A DNA stretch of 64,000 bases from a virus (taxonomy: Duplodnaviria > Caudoviricetes): the IMG/VR virus record IMGVR_UViG_3300032038_000022, positions 32,001 to 96,000 of that record. The stretch is one strand, 5' to 3'. Shown in pieces: positions 10,241 to 18,471 of the stretch. A program made the translations under genes and the position numbers. Under the pieces are notes generated by a model that was not told the DNA's origin, ran no database searches, and saw only the letters and a list, made by a program, of their open reading frames with translations. Each line of letters starts with the position of its first letter. The stretch's first letter is position 1.

Positions 10241-10907
10241 TGCTCTTTTCCAATTCTTAGTCCAATGTTCATCCGTAACAACATGATTTGGTCTAACATA
10301 CTTAAAGACATTATTCCTAAAATTGGATGTACTAAACTCATTTATATTTCTAACTACAATGCCTTCCATAGTACATTTTTCTCCCGTTATAGGATTATAA
10401 GAATCAAAAATACTACTAGATCGTGAAATCTCTAATACTTTTTCTTCCACTTCTATTGGAGAAAATATACCTAATACTGGAACACATGGAAATCCAAAGT
10501 ATTCTGCATACCACCGAACTTCATTCCAACTTAGCCATAAATCTTTATCATTATCCCTAACAGCAAACATATAAAATAATGATGAAAGATTTTTTATATT
10601 CAATACTATGAATTCCTTCTAAATTTTCTCCAAAAAGTTCAATATTTTCAGGTAAATCGAATTGTTTAAGAGTCCACTGCTGTCTAATCCATGATGTCCA
10701 AGGTGTTGTTGTAGGGGCTGCATGCGATCTAGCATAAACGCCATTTCTCGATAAACATGTATCTTCACCATCTAACTTCTCAGTAAATACTAACTGGTTT
10801 ATAGATTGACAATCCTTTATCCAATTATGATTTATTCTATCATCCTTTGTAGCTCCTGGACTAAAGGGAAAATGATAAGTTCTTCCATATTTATCAGTTT
10901 GTGGCAT
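10220..10907 (-). pseudogene. RNA ligase (nucleotidyltransferase family), split by a +1 frameshift
   Basis: KYGRTYHFPFSPG..DDR, motif I TEKLDGE and LFGEN in the 5' ORF; VPVL, MEGIVVR and FKYVR.NHV.TDEHW in the 3' ORF; the halves join by deleting one base in the T6 run at 10590-10595. Confidence 0.85.
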
Positions 10908-11967
10908 TTGGAATAGTAAATTTATGTAAAACTCTTACCTGTTCTTCTAAGGAATCAATAGTATTCGCATAAATTAAAAAACCGTGATTCTTTAGATTAA
11001 TTGCCCCACAATCTGAATCTCCAATCATCCTAATAACTTCATCAGCCTCACGAACATCACCACAGAGGTAATACTTATCAGTCATCTTAGCATTGTCAAT
11101 AAAAGCATGACCGTGAATCAAAAAGTTAATTTTTGGACATCCTTGATAAATTCTAAGTTGTGTTGGAGAATCTACACTAGGTTTAATATCTACAGGTTTA
11201 AGATTCACAAAAGTTGGAAAATATTCATCTCCATCCCTATAAATGATCATATCTCCAAAAGTCAAACTTTCTTTATCACTATTCCTAGGACTTACAAAAA
11301 TATGATTCTTATTATCTCTCATTGAGGGAAATAATTTTTGACATCTAGTACTAATATTCCCAAAGAATCTATCTCCGCAACTCTTTTTAACGACATCAGC
11401 TAGGTTTTTATTTATTCTTATCAATCTCGAAATAAGCATGACTTGACAAGAATTAGCTCTTAATTCTAATGCTGCAGACATTGCTTCCTTAACATCCGTA
11501 ATTAAAGTTGTACTAATTCTTTTTGCATCCTTCGTAAAAATATAAAACCTGAGAATTGCTAAACATAACTCCTCAATATCATCTCCATCATACCATATAT
11601 TATTAAGTGCATCAACAAGAGTAAATGTATAATAACCTGGTATACTATTTCGAATCTCAATTACAGCATTACCATGCATCTTAAAAATTCTTGATATCGA
11701 TTCAGCCCTTTTATATCCTGCTCTCATAACCTTTGAACATATAAGAACAGATCCAATTCTTTTCTTTGGATAATGCTTCTCTTCTTCATTAGGGATGTTA
11801 GGAATCCATAATACTAGGTCACCACATAATTCTGATGGTAGGTCTTTTAGTAAACCACCATTAATACATACTACTTCGTCTCCTCCTAAGATTTCTCTAA
11901 TCTGTCTTACAATTCCTGATTCCTTCGGTTCGGAACCAAAATTACCTCCTATTATTTGATACGTCAT
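10894..11967 (-). CDS. class II aldolase/adducin-like domain protein
   Basis: GNISTR, VSPRN.DK, KPSVDSP, LIHGHAF and LKNHGFL match the class II aldolase metal-binding pattern. Confidence 0.7.
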   Translation of the reverse strand: MTYQIIGGNFGSEPKESGIVRQIREILGGDEVVCINGGLLKDLPSELCGDLVLWIPNIPNEEEKHYPKKRIGSVLICSKVMRAGYKRAESISRIFKMHGNAVIEIRNSIPGYYTFTLVDALNNIWYDGDDIEELCLAILRFYIFTKDAKRISTTLITDVKEAMSAALELRANSCQVMLISRLIRINKNLADVVKKSCGDRFFGNISTRCQKLFPSMRDNKNHIFVSPRNSDKESLTFGDMIIYRDGDEYFPTFVNLKPVDIKPSVDSPTQLRIYQGCPKINFLIHGHAFIDNAKMTDKYYLCGDVREADEVIRMIGDSDCGAINLKNHGFLIYANTIDSLEEQVRVLHKFTIPNATN

Positions 11968-12515
11968 AATCCAAGTTTATTTAATATTGGTTCAACTCCT
12001 CTGCGAATAATCTCCTCATAAGCTTTCCACTTATCACGAGCTACTTCATATTCTAAAGTTTCTCTAGTATCAAGTTGAGACTCAAGTTTAGAATAAGCAC
12101 AACACTCCCAGTCAATAACAAGAGCTTGCCAATCCATTTTATCCCAACCCCTAGTTAATCCATATTCTAAGTGATGACAATTATGAAGACGATGAAATGA
12201 TTGAACCTTTTTGTAGTCTCCTCTATACCATAACTTCAGCCAAGGCTTCTCAATATCGTGTAAAAGATACTTTGGACGCCAAATACCATTGTTAAGAGCA
12301 ACTACCTGATATGAACACCAATGAGCAAACCAATACCTAAAGGAACTTCGATCTGCTTTAGTAAACATTTTATATGATTTGAATTTTCTTCTAAACTCAA
12401 CCTCTCCAGAACAAGTGATTACTTTATCTCCTGATTCTGCTGATATAATTCCATCACCTTTCTCTTTTCTAATAAAAAATTTTGGTAATTCTTTTCTTCT
12501 TATTATATATTTCAT
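11964..12515 (-). CDS. HD-like (DUF5662-type) protein
   Basis: H...LLHDIEKP...HRLHNCHHLEY...IDW. Confidence 0.55.
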   Translation of the reverse strand: MKYIIRRKELPKFFIRKEKGDGIISAESGDKVITCSGEVEFRRKFKSYKMFTKADRSSFRYWFAHWCSYQVVALNNGIWRPKYLLHDIEKPWLKLWYRGDYKKVQSFHRLHNCHHLEYGLTRGWDKMDWQALVIDWECCAYSKLESQLDTRETLEYEVARDKWKAYEEIIRRGVEPILNKLGL

Positions 12516-12516
12516 A

Positions 12517-12530
12517 TCACAAATAAGGAA
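12517..12530 (-). promoter_or_regulatory. CCTTAnnnnTG promoter-like motif
   Basis: Minus strand TTCCTTATTTGTGA one nt before ATG 12515. Confidence 0.55.
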
Positions 12531-12545
12531 AAGAAAGAGGAGAAA

Positions 12546-14555
12546 TTAATCTCCCTTCTTTTTTATTATCTCAAAACCATGAATTCTTTTACCATTTTCA
12601 GACAACAATACAGACTTTAATTCAAACCACTGTTCTAGATCTGTTGCTTTTGCTGTCTTTTTATAACCTAAAGATGAATACAACGTTGATAAGTTTTGTT
12701 TTATACTGTCTTTACTTAATCTATCACCAATATTAAACATCTTGTATACCTCAACATTAATTAATAGTGGATTAAAAGATACTACATTAAGTTCTTTGTT
12801 AAGTAAATTAATATTATACCCTAAACTTCTACATCTATCCGGACCAATGACAGTATAATATTCCCTAAAGTGCTTTTCTGAAATTTGACCAAGTATATAA
12901 TCTATATTAGAGGATTGATAATTACATAAGTACTTTAATTTATCATAAAGATTAGGCAAAGACTCATATATTATCATAAAGTTTTTCACTTCTTCATCCC
13001 TGGAGCTAAGAGATTGTATATTGGTATCTAGTGCACTGAATACACTAAAACGGTCTTTATAATCTATCTGTTGTATGTCATATGCCCTCTGTTCAGCTAT
13101 TAAGACAAGATTATTCTGCAATGGTTGAAATAACCATAAATTACTCTCAGGATTAAAGACTCGATTTACAGAAACATAATCATCTTTATAACTACTATTA
13201 TTAGCGTCCTTTTCATATTTCTCCGCTAAATCCTCTTTAGTATATTCTGGACTATATGAATAAGCATCTAATAGATTTTGCGTTTTCTTTAACTTCTTTT
13301 TAATCTCATCATCAAACTGTTCCTTCGCCTTTTGCTTATCCAATGCTATAGGTTTGTAATAAAATTCTGCACTATTCTTCCATGGGTTTTCTATTAATCT
13401 CTGTCTACCTAAAATCTGTGGTAAGTCTAAGGAAATATCAACAGCAAGTGTTTCAATATTAGCATCACTTATTACAAATGTTCTGGCACATGTAGAGTAA
13501 AAATCAGCTCCTAAGTATACTGTTCGAGTGCAAAAAGTGAAGGTTTTATGTTTCTCACCTCTAAGAGGTACCTTACCAATAGTGAATTTCTTACCAATTT
13601 TACGTGTTATTCTCTTCTGGTTTTCAGGTGTATTAGCACATAATATGTTTACATCTTCAGGTAATAATCCACTTTTCTTAATAATACAGCAGATATTATT
13701 AACGGAATTGACATAAAACACTGCTTCTTTACTTTCTACACATTCCGCTTTACCATTAGAACCAATACGATAGAACTTCTCGTATTGTCCATTTTTATAC
13801 TTCTCGATAATCTCTTTTGCTGTAGTAAATACACTTTTTGAATGTCTTACTATTAAATTAGGTTTCATAACACGATTAGGATCTTTTATACACCAATCTA
13901 GTTCAAAATAAGGTAGATCTTTAAACTCATCAAGACGATCTAAATACTCTTCCATCATCGGTGTTGCTGAAACGAAACATACCCTTTGAATTCCCTGAAC
14001 GTAAGACATAAATTTAAGCTCTGTTGAGGCTTTGAATCTACTGTCTGTAAAAATGCTCTGAAATTCATCAATAATAATACGAAATATAGAAAGTTCTGAA
14101 TGATATGCTAAAATATCTCTTACTAAGTTAAATGAATCATAAGTAACTAGAATTTTAGCAGGTTTTCCCATAGATCTTCTGGACTTAATATATTCCATAA
14201 TCATTATTGTCAATTTATTAAAGAATTCCTTCTTCTGTTCTTCTGTTGGTACAAAAGTATCTGGCTTAAATACAGACTTACCCCTAATTGATAGATCCCT
14301 TCCAGCATCTATAATTCTCTCATAATCATTCACTACATAAAACACGTCCCCTAGATGTTGTTCACTTTTGTTCTGTAATAAAATCTTACGCGGTGAACAT
14401 AAAACTACATTTTCATTATTCATAATAGCCCATTCAGTAAAACCACAACCAGGAATTTGTTTGTCTAGTATGTGTGGAAAGTTAGGTAGAGAAAAATTTA
14501 ACCACTCAGAAATATATCTAATTCCCGCTGGCACTTCTATTATTTGTTTTTTCAT
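12546..14555 (-). CDS. SF2 (DExD/H-like) helicase-domain protein
   Basis: PGCGFT (degenerate Walker A), IIIDEFQ, SATP, FYVNSV, TVYLGADF, QILGRQR. Confidence 0.75.
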   Translation of the reverse strand: MKKQIIEVPAGIRYISEWLNFSLPNFPHILDKQIPGCGFTEWAIMNNENVVLCSPRKILLQNKSEQHLGDVFYVVNDYERIIDAGRDLSIRGKSVFKPDTFVPTEEQKKEFFNKLTIMIMEYIKSRRSMGKPAKILVTYDSFNLVRDILAYHSELSIFRIIIDEFQSIFTDSRFKASTELKFMSYVQGIQRVCFVSATPMMEEYLDRLDEFKDLPYFELDWCIKDPNRVMKPNLIVRHSKSVFTTAKEIIEKYKNGQYEKFYRIGSNGKAECVESKEAVFYVNSVNNICCIIKKSGLLPEDVNILCANTPENQKRITRKIGKKFTIGKVPLRGEKHKTFTFCTRTVYLGADFYSTCARTFVISDANIETLAVDISLDLPQILGRQRLIENPWKNSAEFYYKPIALDKQKAKEQFDDEIKKKLKKTQNLLDAYSYSPEYTKEDLAEKYEKDANNSSYKDDYVSVNRVFNPESNLWLFQPLQNNLVLIAEQRAYDIQQIDYKDRFSVFSALDTNIQSLSSRDEEVKNFMIIYESLPNLYDKLKYLCNYQSSNIDYILGQISEKHFREYYTVIGPDRCRSLGYNINLLNKELNVVSFNPLLINVEVYKMFNIGDRLSKDSIKQNLSTLYSSLGYKKTAKATDLEQWFELKSVLLSENGKRIHGFEIIKKKGD

Positions 14556-14591
14556 AATTATTATTGTTTTTTTTAAATTTACTCTTATAGA

Positions 14592-14945
14592 TAACCTAGC
14601 CTCAAAACTCGCCTAGGTTAACATTCAAACATAAGGCTTTCAATACTGAAATATGAGCAAAAGTGTACCATTTTATTAGCAAATTTTCGGAAAATGTAAA
14701 GAATACTTATATCTTCAAAAAATGGTACATCTTTACCTTATTCCATCACTCCACTTCGCTTCGTTCGGTCAATATCACAATCTATCTCTGGGTCTTATAC
14801 AAGAGCTTTAATTAAAGATGAAACCCCGACAACGACCGAGTTTTTTGAGGTCGTATTAGGGGTGGAATCTAAATAATATGTTTCCTTAGGCGCGAAAAAA
14901 TAGTACAGAAAAAAGAAGATATAACCTTTTGGTATTATATCTTCT
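14592..14945. repeat. cluster of inverted repeats
   Basis: TAACCTAG/CTAGGTTA (14592-14620); TGTACCATTTT/AAAATGGTACA (14664-14729); ACCCC..ACGACC/GGTCGT..GGGGT (14823-14863); AGAAGATATAA/TTATATCTTCT (14914-14945). Confidence 0.8.
14625..14638 (-). promoter_or_regulatory. CCTTAnnnnTG promoter-like motif (exact TAnnTTTG)
   Basis: Minus strand AGCCTTATGTTTGA, 70 nt upstream of the helicase-like gene. Confidence 0.55.
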
Positions 14946-15024
14946 CCAAGTGTTCGCCAGTTAGTTTTAACTTAGTCTCGTATGAATGGTTGATAGTATT
15001 CCTCTGGCTATAGAAATTTCTATC
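14908..15024 (-). ncRNA. candidate small non-coding RNA
   Basis: Bounded by promoter motif ATCCTTAATAGTGA (15027-15040) and an 11-bp stem plus T-run (14909-14945); no ATG-initiated ORF inside. Confidence 0.35.
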
Positions 15025-15062
15025 TTTCACTATTAAGGATTTAGAAAGAAGGAAAATTAAAG

Positions 15063-15133
15063 TTGGAGTACCAGGATTCGAACCTGGAAGTACAGAACCA
15101 AAATCTGTTGTGTTACCATTACACTATACTCCA
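15063..15133 (-). tRNA. tRNA-Gln(TTG)
   Basis: TGGAGTA acceptor stem, anticodon arm ACAGA-TT-TTG-GT-TCTGT, T-arm CCAGG-TTCGAAT-CCTGG; no encoded CCA. Confidence 0.95.
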
Positions 15134-15153
15134 AAATAGTTATTATTTCATAT

Positions 15154-15684
15154 CTAAGGATTTTGATCCTTTTCAATTCCCTTTATTATCAATAGTCTTA
15201 TAAGTTTATTAAAAGAACTTAGATAGTTGTTTTTCTCATTATTCTTTATCCAGTATAATAATATATCTTTTTCTATCCAAATTTTGTTTTTAAAAAGTGA
15301 TTTTTCAGTTAATATTATTGTTCTAAAAGACCCAAAGAATAGAGGAAACTTAAGATATTCATCTCTTATTAATCTTTTCCATTCAGGTAATTTAGTCCCT
15401 TTCCTTCTTCCTCTTCCACTCCACCATATAGAACAAGTACACTCAAATCTATGACATCCGTTTCTATCAAGTTCTATATCATTAGTCAGCCATCTATTTA
15501 GGTATCGATAGGGGTTACCCTTTAATTTCTTTTTAATCCATTCCATGCTAAACTTCTTAGGACAATTAAATTTATTTATTATTTTTAGCAGATCTGAATC
15601 ACTAAGTCTAAGGGTAAAGGGAATTCTTAAAGTAATGTCAGTATAATTTTTAGAATTCTTATTATATTTATAATATATCCACAT
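15154..15684 (-). CDS. basic hypothetical protein
   Basis: 176-aa K/W-rich ORF; no motif recognised. Confidence 0.55.
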   Translation of the reverse strand: MWIYYKYNKNSKNYTDITLRIPFTLRLSDSDLLKIINKFNCPKKFSMEWIKKKLKGNPYRYLNRWLTNDIELDRNGCHRFECTCSIWWSGRGRRKGTKLPEWKRLIRDEYLKFPLFFGSFRTIILTEKSLFKNKIWIEKDILLYWIKNNEKNNYLSSFNKLIRLLIIKGIEKDQNP

Positions 15685-15727
15685 AATAATAAAATTAAGT
15701 AGACTATAAAAATCTAAGTCTACTATT

Positions 15728-15834
15728 TTAAGGAATTAAGGTCCAATATTTATTTTTCCAGTCTTCAAAAGACGTTTCATTCTCCAAGTAAGATTATAGA
15801 GATCTATGTATATGGGAAGGGATTCCGATATCAT
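15728..15834 (-). pseudogene. Avd/four-helix-bundle-like N-terminal stub joined to an orphan C-terminus
   Basis: 32-aa ORF MISESLPIYIDLYNLT-WRMKRLLKTGKINIGP (15834-15736); the first 16 aa resemble the LPIY.D.Y.L start of Avd-like proteins; another frame gives SYLENETSFEDWKNKYWTLIP-stop. Confidence 0.45.
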
Positions 15835-15862
15835 ATTTCCTATATTTTTTTTAAATTAAAAG

Positions 15863-15929
15863 GGTGTGGCTCGGACCTATCTCACTCCGAATAGAGTTCT
15901 CGTTCAATTTGGCCAATCGAGCTCACACC
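15863..15929 (-). promoter_or_regulatory. GC-rich stem-loop downstream of the variable region (DGR target-recognition hairpin and/or terminator)
   Basis: GGTGTGAGCTCG pairs with CGAGCCACACC (11 bp, one bulge), starting 21 nt after the stop at 15951. Confidence 0.6.
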
Positions 15930-15940
15930 AGAAGATAAAT
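15922..15940 (+). repeat. 19-bp direct repeat, copy 1
   Basis: CTCACACCAGAAGATAAAT, identical at 17187 and 18516. Confidence 0.95.
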
Positions 15941-15950
15941 AGCTGAAGGG

Positions 15951-17024
15951 TTAAAGTGCAAAAAACGCCCTAACTCGACAGGTAGCAGTCGTATCAGACT
16001 TAGTGTAGGTGTATAAGTGACCGCTATACGTATGCACGTTCCTAACACTCGTAGAAGAGTTCCCAGTACTGGACCAACACCAGTGGCCATAAGCAGTATC
16101 TCGACCCATTTCAATTGCGATTGAATTACCCCAAACACTCTTAACAGCATTCAGACCAGCATTAATTGCTCCATATCTAGCAGTTATAAATGCTAATTCT
16201 CCGCACGCAGGAAGATACCAATCACCAACATTAGTACCAGTTGTATGGAATCGATAACAAGTCATAGCTGCCGGATAATTTCCAGAAGCTCCTGTATTTT
16301 CTATACTGCTTGCAGTCTTCCAATCAGTACCACTAACTGCAGCTAAGATTTTGTCAGTATTACTTCTTCCGTCAAAATCATTAGTAGCCATATTATCAGC
16401 ATAGTAAATTATATTTTTACTTCCATCTGGTAGGATAGGATTAGGTCCAAATCTTATTTCCCCATCAGAACCAATTGAAGAATCATAGTTACCAAAGTAA
16501 TAATCTCCAGATGGATCTATAGTACCAGTGTCATTAAAGGCAGTGTCACTAGGTATTCTTACCCAATCAGTTGCTCCACCGAGTTCACCAGTTTTTCCAT
16601 TTACATAATTTACTAAGCTATAATTTTTAAGATTTGCAACATCTACATTTGGACCCCATCTAAGATTTAGGTTATCACTTACATTACCATTACTTGTTGA
16701 TGTTGTTCCAACTTCGGGAGTTGTACAGCTCATATTTACAAGAGACATAATACGTGTAGTGTAATCTGGAGAATAGTTATATGGGACTGCAACAACTCCA
16801 ATTGGTGTCAAATGTGCATAATGAAATCCATTATTCTTATAGCTACCTGAACTCATGAATTCTATACTTTGTGTTTTAGAGTTATATAATGCTACGTCAC
16901 CAAAGGATGTTTTTGGGTATGGATTATAGTAGCACTTTCCCTCCACTAAGTCAATACCTGGAGTTGATATTTTATCAGCTTTACTCCAAGCATCTTTTGT
17001 ATCAAAACTTCTTAAATAATTCAT
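15951..17024 (-). CDS. DGR target-like protein (C-type lectin fold), copy A
   Basis: DFDGRSNT...DWYLPACGEL...WSST...RVRAF motifs; start taken at MNYL by alignment with copy B. Confidence 0.85.
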   Translation of the reverse strand: MNYLRSFDTKDAWSKADKISTPGIDLVEGKCYYNPYPKTSFGDVALYNSKTQSIEFMSSGSYKNNGFHYAHLTPIGVVAVPYNYSPDYTTRIMSLVNMSCTTPEVGTTSTSNGNVSDNLNLRWGPNVDVANLKNYSLVNYVNGKTGELGGATDWVRIPSDTAFNDTGTIDPSGDYYFGNYDSSIGSDGEIRFGPNPILPDGSKNIIYYADNMATNDFDGRSNTDKILAAVSGTDWKTASSIENTGASGNYPAAMTCYRFHTTGTNVGDWYLPACGELAFITARYGAINAGLNAVKSVWGNSIAIEMGRDTAYGHWCWSSTGNSSTSVRNVHTYSGHLYTYTKSDTTATCRVRAFFAL

Positions 17025-17186
17025 AATTTTCAATAGAATATTCACCATTCTTTGTAATGATGATCTTATTTCCGTATAGTATATTATATTCCTTGCGTTT
17101 GAAAATCTTATTTTCTTCTGCGAAAAACTTCTTTATGTCCATTACCCTAATAAAAGATTTATATAGAGATTAACAAAGCATATCAT

Positions 17187-17205
17187 CTCACACCAGAAGA
17201 TAAAT
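17187..17205 (+). repeat. 19-bp direct repeat, copy 2
   Basis: CTCACACCAGAAGATAAAT at the junction of the two tandem units. Confidence 0.95.
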
Positions 17206-17215
17206 AGTTGAAGGG

Positions 17216-18283
17216 TTAAAGTGCAAAAAACGCCCTAACTCGATAGTCAGCATCCGTAACGAATTTAGTGTCGGGACACACGTAACCAAGACTCGTATTC
17301 ACTTCCCAAGCAGCCAAACCAGAGAACCCAGAACTAGACCAATAACAGTCGCCATAAGCAGTATCTCGACCCATTTCAATTGCGCTTGAACTACCCCAAA
17401 CACTCTTAACAGCATTCAAACCAGCATTAATCGCTCCATATCTAACAGTTATAAATGCTAATTCTCCGACTGCAGGAAGATACCAATCACCAACATTAGT
17501 ACCAGTTGTATGGAATCGATAACAGGTCATAACTGCCGGATAATTTCCAGGAGTTGCTGTATTTTCTATACTACTTGCTGTCTTCCAATCAGTACCACTA
17601 ACTGCAGTTAAGATTTTGTCAGTATTACCTCTTCCATCAAAATCATTAGTAGCCTTATTATCAGCATAGTAAATTATATTTTTACTTCCATCTGGTAGGA
17701 TAGGATTAGGACCAAAGGGCATATCCTCATCAGTACCAGTTGAAGAATCATAGTTAAGAGAGTAATAATCTCCAGATGGATCTATAGTACCAGTGTCATT
17801 AAAGGCAGTGTCACTAGGAAGTCTTACTGAATCAAACTCTCCCTGTAGTTCACCGGTATTTCCATTGACATAATTATTTACGGTATAATGTTTAAGAATA
17901 TCTACATTTGAACCCCAGCTAAGATTTAGGTTATCACTTACGTCACCATCACTTGTTGCTGTTGTTCCAACCTCAGGAGTTGTACAGCTCATATTTACAA
18001 GAGACATAATACGTGTAGTGTAATCTGGAGAATAGTTATATGGAACTGCAACAACTCCAATTGGTGTCAAATGTGCATAATGAAATCCATTATCCTTATA
18101 GCTATCTGCACTCATGAATTCTATACTTTGTGTTTTAGAGTTATATAATGCTATATCACCAAAAGATGTTTCTGGATATGGATTATAGTAGCACTTTCCC
18201 TCCACTAAGTCAATACCAGGAGTTGATATTTTATCAGCTTTACTCCAAGCATCTTTTGTATCAAAACTTCTTAAATAATTCAT
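17216..18283 (-). CDS. DGR target-like protein (C-type lectin fold), copy B
   Basis: Close paralog of copy A with a strongly divergent C-terminal 36 codons; DWYLPAVGEL...YWSSS...RVRAF. Confidence 0.85.
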   Translation of the reverse strand: MNYLRSFDTKDAWSKADKISTPGIDLVEGKCYYNPYPETSFGDIALYNSKTQSIEFMSADSYKDNGFHYAHLTPIGVVAVPYNYSPDYTTRIMSLVNMSCTTPEVGTTATSDGDVSDNLNLSWGSNVDILKHYTVNNYVNGNTGELQGEFDSVRLPSDTAFNDTGTIDPSGDYYSLNYDSSTGTDEDMPFGPNPILPDGSKNIIYYADNKATNDFDGRGNTDKILTAVSGTDWKTASSIENTATPGNYPAVMTCYRFHTTGTNVGDWYLPAVGELAFITVRYGAINAGLNAVKSVWGSSSAIEMGRDTAYGDCYWSSSGFSGLAAWEVNTSLGYVCPDTKFVTDADYRVRAFFAL

Positions 18284-18297
18284 AATTAGTTTTAATT

Positions 18298-18471
18298 TTA
18301 ATCATTATAAACCTGGCCGAGTTCCCAATCTTTAGGTTTATCAATGATTTCATAATTATCAATAGAGTCTTCACCATTCTTTGTAATGATGATCTCATTT
18401 CCGTATAGTATATTATACTTCTTGCGTTTAAAAATCTTATTTTCTTCTGCGAAAAACTTCTTTATGTCCAT
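18298..18471 (-). CDS. 57-aa protein missing from the ORF track
   Basis: MDIKKFFAEENKIFKRK...KDWELGQVYND, coupled by TAATG to the upstream gene; a truncated duplicate starts near 17142. Confidence 0.65.
   Translation of the reverse strand: MDIKKFFAEENKIFKRKKYNILYGNEIIITKNGEDSIDNYEIIDKPKDWELGQVYND

Noticed and set aside
15863-15929. Hairpin as a second tRNA
   Set aside because: No T-loop TTCRA or cloverleaf geometry
15923-16150. 75-aa alternative-frame ORF over the variable region
   Set aside because: Lies almost wholly within copy A in another frame; likely a by-product of local GC enrichment
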